DNA from: an uncultured Verrucomicrobiota bacterium
Lineage (GTDB): Bacteria; Verrucomicrobiota; Verrucomicrobiia; Limisphaerales; UBA9464
DNA length: 64,000 nt
NCBI GenBank assembly: GCA_903842505.1
Contig: CAIMMI010000351.1
Coordinates: forward strand, 261 to 64,260
Reading direction: 5' to 3'
Numbering within the stretch: position 1 is the stretch's first letter; each line of letters starts with the position of its first letter. Shown here piece by piece: positions 34,096 to 44,600 of the stretch. The notes beneath the pieces were generated by a model. That model was not told the DNA's origin. It ran no database searches and saw only the letters and a list, made by a program, of their open reading frames with translations. The translations under genes were made by a program, and so were the position numbers.

Positions 34096-35379
34096 TTACT
34101 TGCCGATGCAGAAGAGGCTGCCGGCGGTGCGGATGTAGAATCGGCCGTCGGCGATGGCGGGCGAGGCTTGGACCTTTTCACCGAGCGGATTCCGGGCGAG
34201 GACGTTGAACCTTGGTCCGGCCTCGAGAACGGTCGTCTGTCCTTCATCCCCGACGAAGTAGAGGCGCCCGTTGGCGGCAACGGGCGAGGCCGAGAAGTTC
34301 CCGCCGACGCGTTCCTGCCAGACGATCTCGCCGGTGGCGGCGTTGTAGCAACTGGCGATGCCGCCGTCGGTCATCGCGAAGAGGTGGGGTTTGAGGTAGA
34401 GCAGCGACGACAGCTTGGGTACGCCCTTCTTCTGTTCCCAGACGAGGTTCGACTCGTCGAGGTCGCCCTCGGCACCCATGCGGAACGCCTTGATGGACTC
34501 GCGTCCACCCCAGCCACCGGACGCGAACACGAGATCGTCGGCGATGACAGGCGACGGGACCTTCCCCTCACCGAGGACCTTCGAGGTCCAGAGGCGCTTG
34601 CCGGTCTTGAGGTCGAATCCCTGCACGACATCGCCTGCTTCGGTGACGACCTGCTTGCGGCCTTGGTGGGTCCAGAGCACCGGCGCGCCGTGGGCAATCC
34701 GCGATTGGCCGCGCGAGGCCTTCCAGGCTTCCTTGCCGGTCTTGGCATCAAGCGCGAGGACGAAGGATTTGTCCCAGGGCTTCTGCCAGCCGACGAGCTT
34801 GTCGGCCCCGTCGCTCGAAGCGTCCCACGGGGTGACGAGAAGACCGTCGTGGAGGAGGGGGGAGGTGCCGAGGCCGTGCTGGCTATAGAACGGATGGGAA
34901 CGGTTCGTCCACGCGACCTTCCCGTCGAAGGTGAGCGCGGCGAAGCTGCCGTCGCCGAACACCGTGTAGACGAGCTTGCCGTCGGTGGCCGGCGTGGGCG
35001 TGGCATAGGAGTTCCGGCCTTCCTTGCGCCGGGGCACCTGCTGGAAGACCTCGTGATTCCATCGGATGGCCCCCGTCTTGGCGTTGAGGGCAATCACCCG
35101 ACACGACTGCCCGCCGTCGGTGGCGGTGGTCACGAAGACGTGGTCTTTCCAGATGGCGGGTGAGGACCAGCCCTCGCCGGGAATGGTGGCCTTCCAGAGG
35201 ACATTGGAGGTCGCGGACCATTCGAGGGGCACCTTCTTCTCGCCGGAATGTCCCTGCGAACCGGGTCCGCGGAATTGCGGCCAGTTGGCGGCAGAAAGGG
35301 GATGGACCGAAAGCGCGGCCGCGGCGAGACCGAGCCCCAGCGAAAGCGCGGCGGTACGACTTGAGAAGGTGGACCTCAT
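34096..35379 (-). CDS. Secreted PQQ-like beta-propeller repeat protein (paralog 3)
   Basis: The signal-like MRSTFSSRTAALSLGLGLAAAALS is followed by ANWPQFRGPGSQGHS and repeated blades. Confidence 0.75.
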   Translation of the reverse strand: MRSTFSSRTAALSLGLGLAAAALSVHPLSAANWPQFRGPGSQGHSGEKKVPLEWSATSNVLWKATIPGEGWSSPAIWKDHVFVTTATDGGQSCRVIALNAKTGAIRWNHEVFQQVPRRKEGRNSYATPTPATDGKLVYTVFGDGSFAALTFDGKVAWTNRSHPFYSQHGLGTSPLLHDGLLVTPWDASSDGADKLVGWQKPWDKSFVLALDAKTGKEAWKASRGQSRIAHGAPVLWTHQGRKQVVTEAGDVVQGFDLKTGKRLWTSKVLGEGKVPSPVIADDLVFASGGWGGRESIKAFRMGAEGDLDESNLVWEQKKGVPKLSSLLYLKPHLFAMTDGGIASCYNAATGEIVWQERVGGNFSASPVAANGRLYFVGDEGQTTVLEAGPRFNVLARNPLGEKVQASPAIADGRFYIRTAGSLFCIGK

Positions 35380-35490
35380 GGAAGTGAACCAAGAGTCTGG
35401 ATCCGCGGCGAGGCGTCAACCTTGGAGGTGCGGAGTCGCGGAGAGCGACGGTTTCCCGCTCTTCTGTTGTGAAAACGGCCTCCGCTGGGC

Positions 35491-36576
35491 TCAGGCGAAG
35501 GGGAGGGGGACGAGGGTGACAGGAAATTCGCCGGCGGCGGTGCGGAGGGTGAGGGCGGTGCCGGGGGCGTTGCACTCGCGTCGGACGTAGCCGAGGGCGA
35601 TGACGCCGCGGGCGGCTTCCGATCGGGCGGCGCTGGTGACGTATCCGACCTCGCGGTCGTTGAGGACAAGCTTGTCGCCGCGGAGGGGGAGGGTGGCGAG
35701 GTCGTCGGGGAGGCGCAGTCCGCGGAGGGCCTTCGCGACCTGGCCGTAGGTGCGGATGCGCGCGATGGTTTCCTGGCCGATGTAGCAACCCTTCGAGTAG
35801 CTGATGGCGCGGGATTCGATGCCGGCTTCGGGGGCGAGGTTGGATTCGTCGATGTCGAGACCGAAGCGGGGGATGCCGGCTTCGAGGCGGGCGAGTTCGA
35901 GGGCTTCCGATCCGGCGAGGCTGCCGGCTTCCTCGCGGGCGGCGGCGACGAGCTTGTCGAGAACCATGGCCTGGACGTCGAGGGGGATGAAGAGGTCGAA
36001 GCCGACGGAGCCGGTACGGGCATTCCGGGTGACGTAGAGTTCCCCGAGGGTGGGGTCTGTGAGGTGGGCGACGGCGAGGTTGGCCTCGGGGAGTTCGATG
36101 CCGAGGTGGAGTCGGGTGAGGACGGCGGCCGCGCGCGGGCCCTGGATGGAGAGCAGCCCGTAGTAGGGGGTGACGTCCACGCATTGGACGTCGTCGGCGA
36201 CGATGTAGTGGTCGAGTCGCTGGAGGAGCATGGCCGTGAGGCCGGGTTCGACGTCGACGAGGAGTTCGTTGGGGAGGGCGTAGATGAAGGCGTCCGATTG
36301 CATGCGGCCCTTGTTGGAGACGAAGGCGGCGTAGCAACCGCGCAAGGGGGCGAGGGCGGCGATGTCGTTGGTGACCTGGCCGTGGAGGAGGCGGACGCGG
36401 TCGGCGCCGGTGAGGCAGAAGCGTCCGCGGGCACCGAGGTCGAGGATGCCGGCGGAGGAACGGAGGGCGGCGTGTTCGGCGGTGGGGTTGCCGTAGTGGG
36501 CGACGGTTTCGAAACCGTTGACCTCGGTGAACCGCGCGCCCAGGGCGGCGTGGACTTCGTGAAGTGGCAGAGTCAT
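35491..36576 (-). CDS. ygfZ: YgfZ/Iba57-type folate-binding protein (GcvT fold)
   Basis: ATG 36576 gives MTLPLHEVHAALGARF.... SKGCYIGQETIARI matches the KGC[YF]xGQE YgfZ signature. The rest of ORF 35491..37317 is repeat-filled intergenic DNA. Confidence 0.65.
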   Translation of the reverse strand: MTLPLHEVHAALGARFTEVNGFETVAHYGNPTAEHAALRSSAGILDLGARGRFCLTGADRVRLLHGQVTNDIAALAPLRGCYAAFVSNKGRMQSDAFIYALPNELLVDVEPGLTAMLLQRLDHYIVADDVQCVDVTPYYGLLSIQGPRAAAVLTRLHLGIELPEANLAVAHLTDPTLGELYVTRNARTGSVGFDLFIPLDVQAMVLDKLVAAAREEAGSLAGSEALELARLEAGIPRFGLDIDESNLAPEAGIESRAISYSKGCYIGQETIARIRTYGQVAKALRGLRLPDDLATLPLRGDKLVLNDREVGYVTSAARSEAARGVIALGYVRRECNAPGTALTLRTAAGEFPVTLVPLPFA

Positions 36577-36910
36577 GTCGTGCTCGATCGCGGGGGTGAC
36601 CCTAGCAGCGGATCCGGAAGTTCCCAGTGTCGATGCGCCCCATGTCGATGCGCCCCGGCGCGGCTGCGGAGGATGAGGACGGGGCCTTCGAGGCGGGTGC
36701 GGGCGGCGGCGAGGATGGGTCGATGCAGCCCTCGCCAACGTCGTTGTGAACTTGTCAGTCAATTCCTCGCGCCCTCGCGGCTTCGCGCGAAACCCTATCG
36801 ATCCTGTGAAGTCCTCGCGCGAGGACGCGAGGAGTGGCCGGGGGGCGGTTTGCATCCGGATGTCGCATATGGGACATCTGGATGTAAATGCGGGCTGGAT
36901 CGGGGTGTAA

Positions 36911-36950
36911 TTTACAATCCCATGTCCCACCTGCGACATGGGATTGTAAA
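36911..36950. repeat. Family D hairpin: perfect 16-bp inverted repeat
   Basis: The hairpin is TTTACAATCCCATGTC-ccacctgc-GACATGGGATTGTAAA. Related partial copies lie at 36858-36880 and 2727-2750 (tgtcccatatgcgacatggga). Confidence 0.8.
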
Positions 36951-37108
36951 CGCGGCGGGCACGGCGATGTCCGCATCCCCTTGGGAAAGGGCCTGGAGGG
37001 GCAACGAGGATGTTGCCGTCCCGCTGGAGGACCCAGGACATCGGCATCGGGGGCGGAATCGCAATCGGTATCGAGCCCCAGCCTCCTTCGATTCCGATTC
37101 CAGGGAGC

Positions 37109-37176
37109 GGCTCGACGGAGTCTCGCCCCACCAGAGGGAGAAGGCGTGGAACGGTTCGACGGAGTCTCGCCCCACC
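37109..37176. repeat. Two direct family B copies (GGCTCGACGGAGTCTCGCCCCACC variant)
   Basis: Copies lie at 37109-37132 and 37153-37176. Just upstream is the inverted pair ggaatcgcaatcggtatcga...tcgattccgattcc. Confidence 0.8.
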
Positions 37177-37269
37177 GCTTGCTGGCGGTGGTGTCGGGAT
37201 GTGCCCGCCGGGAACGAGGAATTGCAGGGACGGTTGCCCTGCGGGCGGTCTGGGCGCAGAGTGTGGGGG

Positions 37270-38214
37270 ATGTTTCGGCAGTTGGTCCTGTGGGGATCGT
37301 TCGTGAAGTTCAGCCACACCGTCTTTGCGCTACCGTTTGCGTTGGCGTCGATGATGGTGGCGGCGCGTGAGACTCGGGGTTGGCCGGGTTGGCGGGTGTT
37401 CGGGCTGATCCTGGCGGCGATGGTGGGAGCGCGGACGTGTGCGATGGCGTTCAACCGGATTGTGGACCGTGAATTTGATGCGAAGAATCCGAGGACGGCG
37501 AGTCGTCACCTGCCGATGGGTGCGGTGAGTCTGGCGAGTGCGTGGGCGTTGTGCCTGATCAGCGGTGGGGTGCTGGTGGGGGCGTCATGGTTGTTGAATC
37601 CGATCTGCTTCTGGCTGTCGCCGGTGGCGTTGTTTCTGGTGTGTTTCTATTCGCTGACCAAGCGGTTCACGGACTTCACGCATGTGTGGCTGGGGGTGGC
37701 GTTGGCGGCGGCGCCGGTGGGGGCGTGGTTGGCGGTGGAGGGGGGATTCGATTTCCTGCCGAAGGTCGAGGGGAAGCTGGACCTGCGGCACAGTGCGTTC
37801 ATCCCCTTGGTACTGGGGTTGGCGGTGCTACTGTGGTTGGTGGGCTTCGACATCATCTACGCGACGCAGGACTACGAGTTTGACCGCAAGCAGGGGTTGC
37901 ACTCGCTCGTGGTGCGCTGGGGACCGAAGAACGCGCTGGCGGTGGCGTTCCTGGCCCACCTTTTCATGTGGGCGACGGTGGTGCTGTTCGGGGCGTTGTG
38001 CGGATTCCGGCTGACCTATTGGATCGGGCTGATCCTGATCCTGATGCTCCTGTTGCTGGAGCACATGATCGCGAAGCGGCGGGATGCGGTGGCGGTGAAC
38101 ATCGCGTTCTTCAAGCTCAACTCGGTGGTGAGCATCACGTTCCTGGTGGTGACCGGTGTGGAGATCGTCTTTCCGTGGTTCCGGCTTCGCTGGGCGGATG
38201 GGGTGTTCTTCTAG
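37270..38214 (+). CDS. UbiA-family aromatic polyprenyltransferase (4-hydroxybenzoate polyprenyltransferase-like)
   Basis: ATG 37270. NRIVDREFDAKNPRTASRHLP is the first Asp-rich UbiA motif, and DIIYATQDYEFD is the second. There are about 8 TM segments. Confidence 0.8.
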   Translation: MFRQLVLWGSFVKFSHTVFALPFALASMMVAARETRGWPGWRVFGLILAAMVGARTCAMAFNRIVDREFDAKNPRTASRHLPMGAVSLASAWALCLISGGVLVGASWLLNPICFWLSPVALFLVCFYSLTKRFTDFTHVWLGVALAAAPVGAWLAVEGGFDFLPKVEGKLDLRHSAFIPLVLGLAVLLWLVGFDIIYATQDYEFDRKQGLHSLVVRWGPKNALAVAFLAHLFMWATVVLFGALCGFRLTYWIGLILILMLLLLEHMIAKRRDAVAVNIAFFKLNSVVSITFLVVTGVEIVFPWFRLRWADGVFF

Positions 38215-38225
38215 GAGTCGGGGGT

Positions 38226-38264
38226 GGTCCGGTGGTGGACCGGCGGGTTGTCCGGTGGTGGACC
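38226..38264. repeat. Tandem small hairpins GGTCC-ggtggt-GGACC, two copies
   Basis: ggtccggtggtggacc (38226-38241) and tgtccggtggtggacc (38249-38264) lie just after the stop of the prenyltransferase gene. Confidence 0.6.
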
Positions 38265-38325
38265 AGTCGTGGGGGTTGGGGTGGGGCTTGGCCAGGATGG
38301 CCGAGCCTTCGGGCAATTTCAGACC

Positions 38326-38342
38326 TTGGCACGGGACCTGAT
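38326..38342 (+). promoter_or_regulatory. Weak sigma54-type (-24/-12) promoter candidate
   Basis: TTGGCACGGGACCTGAT against the consensus YTGGCACGrNNNTTGCW. The -24 half is perfect, but the -12 half reads CTGAT (GA instead of the conserved GC). It lies 12-30 nt upstream of the possible starts of the next gene. Confidence 0.25.
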
Positions 38343-38371
38343 CACGGACGAAGTTGAGGGAAATTGAAGCT

Positions 38372-40117
38372 GTGTTGAACGGAACTTCCATTTGGGCGAA
38401 GGGCTGGTTTCGGGTGCTGCTCCTGCTGTTGGCCGGGGCGCGCCTGGTCCATGCGCAGGCGCCGGTGGATTCGTTTGCGGCGCGAGGGTTGCTGACGGGG
38501 AGCGCGGGCACGGTGGCTGGGAGCAACGTGGGGGCGACGGTCGAGCCGGACGAGCCGCGGCATGGCGGGAAGGCGCCCTCGCGGTCGATGTGGATCCGTT
38601 GGCAAGCTCCGGCGAGTGGCCTGGTCAAGTTCGAGGTGGAGGCGCAGGACTTCGACGTGTTGCTGGGGGTGTATCGCTTGAAGGCGGGAGCCCCTGCGGC
38701 ATTGAAGAGCCTGGAGAAGGTGGCGCAGAACGACGATGGACGGCGTGAGCGAGCGGCCGAGGTCGAATTCGGGACTCGGGCGGGCGAGTACTATGAGATC
38801 GCCATTGATGGGTTTGCGCGCAGTTCCGGTGCCTTCGTGTTGAAGTGGCAGCTCGAGGCACTGGACGCGGTCGTCCCGGTGATCATCAACGGTCCGGCCG
38901 ACCAGTCCTATCGGCTGGGGAATCGGGTGGTCCTGTTCTATGCGGTGGAAGATGCCGACGACGTGAAGCTGCATTGGTTCTTCAACGACATCGAACTCGA
39001 GGATCAGGAAGGGCTGACCTTGGTGTTGCCGAGTCTGACCGAGGCGCAGGTGGGGCAGTATCGGCTCCGGGTCGATGTCGACCGGGTGCGGTTCTTCACG
39101 GAGCCGGTGGAGGTGCAGCTGACGACGGAGGGGGACGCGGGAACGTTGGCGCGGAACAAGCCGGAAGACGCGATGGAATCGCCGTTGGTGGGTTCCGCGT
39201 GGGTGGGTCCGGTGGTTCGGCGGGGTGCGGCGCCGGCGGGCGATGGGGTTTCGCGGGGGTACAGCGGTTCCCAGGTCTTCAACACCGTGTACGCGGGGCG
39301 GGATCCGGCGGAGCCGGTGCATTGCGGTCGTGGAACGGGGGCTTCGTACTGGTTCGCGTACGTGCCGCCTGCGGCGGGGACCTTGTCGGTGGATACGGTG
39401 GGCAGCAGTTTTGACACGGTGTTGGCGGTGTACACCTATGAATTGCCGTATCTCGGGTACGCGAGTCTCCGGAACGTCGAGTGCGACGACAATTCGGGCC
39501 CGGACGGGACGAGTTCGCGGTTGAGGTTCGCTGCGCAGAGCGACCGGCCCTATCTGGTGGTGGTCGATGGCGTGAATGGAGCGAAGGGGCGGGCACGGCT
39601 GAACTATCTTCTCGAGACCAATCTGGTTCCCGTGCTGGTGGCCCCTCGGGTGATATCCACCTCGAAGGACCGCGTGGTTCCCGTGGGCATGCCGGTCAGT
39701 CTGTCGGCGGAAGTGGAGGGATCGCCGCCGCTGACGTTTCGTTGGCTGGTTTCAGGATCGACCGCCGTGGTGACGACCAATGCGTTGCTCGACCTGGGGC
39801 CGGCGGTGCCGGCTTTTGGCGGGACGTATCGGCTTGAGGTTGCGAATGCGGTGGGTTCGGTGACCTCGGCGCCGGTGGCCGTGACGGTATGGTCGAGTCC
39901 GGTGCTGACGCACGAGGCGGCAGGCGGCCTGATGCTGAGATATCACGCGGCGGGGCCGGCGCTGGTGGCTTTGGAGGCGACGCCGGACCTGACCCAGCCG
40001 TGGTCCCCATGGACGACGGGAGAGGCCGGGGTGGGTGGGTTGGTTCAGTTGCCGGTGGATCCGGCGATTACGAACAAGCTTTTCTGGCGTCTGAATCCCG
40101 CTGCCGACGCGCCCTGA
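38372..40117 (+). CDS. Secreted protein with two PPC-like (pre-peptidase C-terminal type) domains alternating with two Ig-like domains
   Basis: The start is GTG 38372 (or TTG 38354), before WFRVLLLLLAGARLVHA-Q. The PPC-like domains are GSNVGATVEPDEPRHGG...DVLLGVYR...AQNDDG...YYEIAIDGF and EPVHCG...SFDTVLAVYT...ECDDNSG...YLVVVDGVNG. The Ig-like segments end GQYRLRV and GTYRLEVANAVGS. Confidence 0.6.
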   Translation: MLNGTSIWAKGWFRVLLLLLAGARLVHAQAPVDSFAARGLLTGSAGTVAGSNVGATVEPDEPRHGGKAPSRSMWIRWQAPASGLVKFEVEAQDFDVLLGVYRLKAGAPAALKSLEKVAQNDDGRRERAAEVEFGTRAGEYYEIAIDGFARSSGAFVLKWQLEALDAVVPVIINGPADQSYRLGNRVVLFYAVEDADDVKLHWFFNDIELEDQEGLTLVLPSLTEAQVGQYRLRVDVDRVRFFTEPVEVQLTTEGDAGTLARNKPEDAMESPLVGSAWVGPVVRRGAAPAGDGVSRGYSGSQVFNTVYAGRDPAEPVHCGRGTGASYWFAYVPPAAGTLSVDTVGSSFDTVLAVYTYELPYLGYASLRNVECDDNSGPDGTSSRLRFAAQSDRPYLVVVDGVNGAKGRARLNYLLETNLVPVLVAPRVISTSKDRVVPVGMPVSLSAEVEGSPPLTFRWLVSGSTAVVTTNALLDLGPAVPAFGGTYRLEVANAVGSVTSAPVAVTVWSSPVLTHEAAGGLMLRYHAAGPALVALEATPDLTQPWSPWTTGEAGVGGLVQLPVDPAITNKLFWRLNPAADAP

Positions 40118-40140
40118 ACGGACCTGACCCATTTCGACCC

Positions 40141-41640
40141 ATGAGCCTTGCCGAGGATGGAACCTTTTCGTGCCTGTTGATGGACGATGACCGTGGCTTT
40201 GCGTCGATGCTGGCGACGCTGGTGCGGGAGCAGGGAGGGCAACCGCTGTATTGCTCGTCGGTGACCGAGGCTCGGGAAGTGATCCAACGGCGGTCGTTTG
40301 ACCTGGCCGTGATCGACAACCGCCTGCCGGACGGCACCGGCTACGAATTCTATCCCGAATTGCGGCGGCGCTGTCCGGACACGGTGGTCCTGATGATCAC
40401 GGGCGCGCCGGAGTTGGCGAAGGCGGTTGAGCTGACGCGCAACGGACTCTTCGACTACCTGACCAAGCCGTTGCAGGCGGCCGACTTCACGGCCTCGCTT
40501 CAACGGGCGCGGCTGCGGCTGAGCCGGCCGGATCCGAAGGGGATCGCGGAACTGATCGGTCGTTCCTCAGCGATGCAGGGCGTGGTGGATCACCTGCAAC
40601 AGGCGGCGCGGCATCCTGGGGTGACCGTGCTGCTGCTGGGCGAGACCGGTACTGGCAAGGACCTCGCGGCTCGGGTGCTGCACCGCCTATCGTATCCGAA
40701 GGATCCGGAGGGTGCGCCGTACATCCCGCTCAACTGTTCGGCGGTCCCGGCCGAGATGTTCGAGTCGGAACTCTTCGGCAGCGAGAAGGGGGCCTACACG
40801 GGATCGGATCGGCGGCGGAGTGGATTGGTGGGTGCGGCGGAGGGGGGAACCCTTTTCCTGGATGAGGTGGCAGAGATCCCGTTGCTGCAGCAGGCGAAGC
40901 TGCTGCGGTTCCTCGAGTCCCGCGAATATCGCCCGCTGGGCACGACCACGCCGCGCGAGTTCACGGGACGGATCGTGGCGGCGACGCACCGTGACCTGGC
41001 GACGGAAGTGGCAGCGGGTCGGTTCCGGGAAGATCTCATGTACCGGTTGGATGTGATGAGCATCCGATTGCCGTCACTGAGGGAGCGGGCGGGGGATATC
41101 CCGCCGCTGACGGAGGCGATCGTGCAGCAGTTGGCGACGAAGTATGGGCGGCGGACGCCGTTGGTCCGGCCGGAGGATCTCCAGGCGCTTTCGGGGCATC
41201 ATTTTCCGGGAAACGTCCGCGAGTTGCGGAACCTGTTGGAGCGATCGCTGCTGAAGACCCCGCCGGACTCAGCGTGGATGAACCTCGATATCGCGTGGCT
41301 GCGGCAACGGTCGAGTCCGGCTGCGTCGCGGGAGTTTCCCGCGGCCGTGGTGCCGCCGGTTGCGGCATCGGCGCCCGTGGTTCCCGTGCCCGTGGTGCCG
41401 GTTTCGGAGCCGGCCAGCGTGCCGTTTCCATCGGCGGTGACGGCGGCTTCGGTCGGTGTGGAAGTCCCGGCGGATCGAACCCTGACTCCGCTCGAGTTGC
41501 AGGAGTACCAAATGATCGCGCGGGTGCTTCGCGAAGAGCACGGTGGAATCCGGCGAGCGGCCTTGCGTCTGGGGCTCACGCATCAGGCCCTGCTGCGTCG
41601 TCTGCAGAAGTGGCCGGAACTCCGGCCGTCGTCAGAGTAG
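40141..41640 (+). CDS. Sigma54-dependent response regulator (NtrC family)
   Basis: ATG 40141. It has a receiver domain (LLMDDD...DLAVIDNRLPDG), an AAA+ domain (GETGTGKDLAARVLH, ESELFGSEKGAYTGS, GGTLFLDEV), and a Fis-type HTH (GGIRRAALRLGLTHQALLRRLQKW). Confidence 0.85.
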   Translation: MSLAEDGTFSCLLMDDDRGFASMLATLVREQGGQPLYCSSVTEAREVIQRRSFDLAVIDNRLPDGTGYEFYPELRRRCPDTVVLMITGAPELAKAVELTRNGLFDYLTKPLQAADFTASLQRARLRLSRPDPKGIAELIGRSSAMQGVVDHLQQAARHPGVTVLLLGETGTGKDLAARVLHRLSYPKDPEGAPYIPLNCSAVPAEMFESELFGSEKGAYTGSDRRRSGLVGAAEGGTLFLDEVAEIPLLQQAKLLRFLESREYRPLGTTTPREFTGRIVAATHRDLATEVAAGRFREDLMYRLDVMSIRLPSLRERAGDIPPLTEAIVQQLATKYGRRTPLVRPEDLQALSGHHFPGNVRELRNLLERSLLKTPPDSAWMNLDIAWLRQRSSPAASREFPAAVVPPVAASAPVVPVPVVPVSEPASVPFPSAVTAASVGVEVPADRTLTPLELQEYQMIARVLREEHGGIRRAALRLGLTHQALLRRLQKWPELRPSSE

Positions 41641-41657
41641 GGAGATTGGAGACTTTC

Positions 41658-44600
41658 ATGAATGCGACCCCATCCCGGTTCCTGCGTTGTGGTTTGATCC
41701 TGTGGGCGCTTGCGTGCCTTGCGGCATCCGGGTTGGTACGGGCGGAGGAGGTGGGGAATTCGCGGTTGGTGGAGTGGGCTGGGCGGGTGGAGATCTCGCG
41801 GACCAACGCGGCCTTCGCGGCGCCGGGCACGAATTTGTTACTGACGGTGGGCGATCGGATCCGGACCGGACCGGCGAGTCGCGCGACGCTTCAGTTGTCG
41901 GACCGCTCGGTGGTGCGCATCGGGGCGGAGACCGTGCTGGAGATCCGGGCGCCGGCGCAGGCGGCTGGGACGCGGCGGTTCGATCTGAAGTCCGGACTGC
42001 TCTTCTTTTTGAACCGGGAACGGCCGGGCAGCGTGGAATTCGATACGCCGCTCGTCTCGGGAGCGATCCGCGGAACGGAGTTTTCGTTGAGGGTGGATCC
42101 GGCGGATGGAGCGACGGTCCTCGGGTTGTTTGCGGGAGCGGTTGATCTGAAGTCGGCGCAGGGGGCTGCGGCGGTGGCTGCGGGGCAGGAGATCGAGATC
42201 CGTCCGGGGACCATGCCGGTCGTGCGACCGGTGTTGCCGCTGCGTCGCGGGATCCAATGGGCGTTCCACTATCCGATCGTCCTCGATCCCGGGTTGGTGT
42301 CTGGCGGATTGCCGGAAGGGGTTGCGTGGCGGTCGGTGCTTGAAGCCTACACGACGGGGGATCTGGCGTCGGCGCACGCGGCGTTGCCGGCCGGGACCGG
42401 AGCGGGTGAACCCGCGATGGCGCGTGCGTTGCGGGCGGGTCTGGAGCTTTCGATGGGCCGGGTTGCGGAGGCGCGGGCGGTGATTGCTTCAATCCCGACC
42501 GGGCCGGCGGATTCGGCGGTGCGCGCGTTGGAGACGATGATCGCCGCGGTGACGTTGGAGGAAGGAGCGACGGCGATCGCGGTGAACGATGCATCGGATG
42601 CTTCGGTCTGGCTGGCGGAGTCCTATGCGCGGCAATCCCGGCTCGATCTCGAAGCTGCCTGGGTTGCGGTGGACGAGGCGGTGAGGCGGTCGCCGCAGTT
42701 CGGCGCTGCCTGGGCGCGGCGCGCGGAGATGGCGTTGTCGACGGATCGGCGGATCGAGGCGGCGCGATCGTTGGAGCGGGCCCGGCAGTTGGCGCCGAGG
42801 CATGCGCTGGTCCCGGCGTTGGAGGGATACCTTGCGATGGACGAGCGGCGTTGGGACGCGGCGGAGTTTGCGTTCGGGGAGGCGATCCGGATGGATGGAT
42901 CGCTCTCGGTGGCGTGGTTGGGGCGGGGATTGCTGCGGACGCATCAGGGGCGGTTGGGCGAGGCGCTCGCGGACCTGCAGGTGGCGGCGGCGCTGGAGCC
43001 GCAGCGCGGTGCGATGCGGGCGGCGCTGGGGAAGGCCTTTGGCGAAGCGGGTGAGGATCGGCTGGCCCAGAAGGAGTTCCGGTTGGCGCGCGAATTGGAC
43101 CCGGCGGATCCGACGCCTTGGTTCTACGCGGGGCTGCAGGACCTGCAGGAGAACCGATACAACGCGGCCGTGCGCAACCTTCAGGAAGCCTCGGAGAAGA
43201 ACGATGGCCGGGCCGTGTTCCGGTCGAGGCAACAGTTGGATCGGGATCAGGCCATGCGGAGTGCGGACCTGGGCGTGGCGTATTCGGTGACTGGATTGGA
43301 CGAGGTGGCTTGGCGTGCGGCGACGCGGGCGGTGGTCGAGGACTACACGGATTTTTCGGGTCACCTGTTCACGGCGCGGGCGTTGCAGGCCCGGGAAGAT
43401 CCTGCGGGATTCGACCTGCGCTGGGAGACGGCGCGGCAGGCGGAGTTGCTGGTGGCGAACCTGCTGGCGCCGCCGGGTGCCGGGAATCTGTCGCGGGTCC
43501 TGTCACAGCAGGATCACCTGCGTGCTTTCGGGCTTGCGCCGTTGGGAGCGTCGAGTCTGACCGAGTACCATTCGCGGGGCGATTGGGAGCAACGGGGAAG
43601 CGTGTTCGGGCAGTGGGCGGCCTTGGCGTATGCGGTGGACACGCAGTATCGGAGCCTGCGCGGACAGGGACCGCTTCAGGGGCAGGAGTCCTTCCGGTCG
43701 TCGGCGCAGGTCCGCTTCGACCTCGGACCAGCGGACGCCCTCCTCGTGCAGACCGCGGTGGGCGAAGGCAACGCAGAAGATGTGGCGCGCCGGTATGATC
43801 CGAACGCTTCGACCGCCTTGCGGGCGTGGAGCCGCCGTGAGCCGGAGTTGCAGGTTGGTTACCGACACGAATGGCGACCTGGTGTGGTGACGCTGGGGTT
43901 GGTCTCGCATCTGTCGGACCGACTGCGCGTTGAGAACCCGGATCAGCAGACGCCGTTCCTCGTGTATCGAGGTGGGGCGCCGGCGGGATTCGGGACGGTG
44001 GCGAGCCATGGCCTAGAATTGGAGAGCACGTTCGAGCTGAACTCGGTTGAGTTGCAGCAGGTCTTTCAGGGCGAGTGGCAGGGAATCGTGGCCGGTGCGC
44101 GGTACCAGTCGGGCGACGTGGATACGCGCTCGCGGTTGGTGCCCCTGCTCCCGGGGCCGGACATTGCCGGAGTGAATCGGTCGGATCTGGAACGGGCGAA
44201 TGGATACGCCTACTGGCAGGTCAGGCCGTGGAACTGGATCCGGGCGTGGGCGGGCGTCTCGTACGATCACCTCGAGTATCCCGGCAACGCGGATCTCGCT
44301 CCGGTGGCGACCGGGGGATCGGATGGATCGAGTCGTTCGTTGTTGGCGCCGAAGGTGGCGTTGGCGCTCCTGCCGTGGAAGGGAGCGGAGGTTCGTGCGG
44401 CGTTCACGCGTTCGCTGGGCGGGTTGTACTTTGACGATTCCATGCGGCTCGAACCCGGACAGATTGCGGGATTTGGGCAATCGTTCCGGAGCCTGGCGCC
44501 GGAGTCGGTCGTGGGGTTGGTGCCGGCCACGGCCTTCGAGACCGTCGGCGTGCGGTGGGATCAGAAGCTGCCCCGGGATGTGTATGTGGGTATCGAGGCG

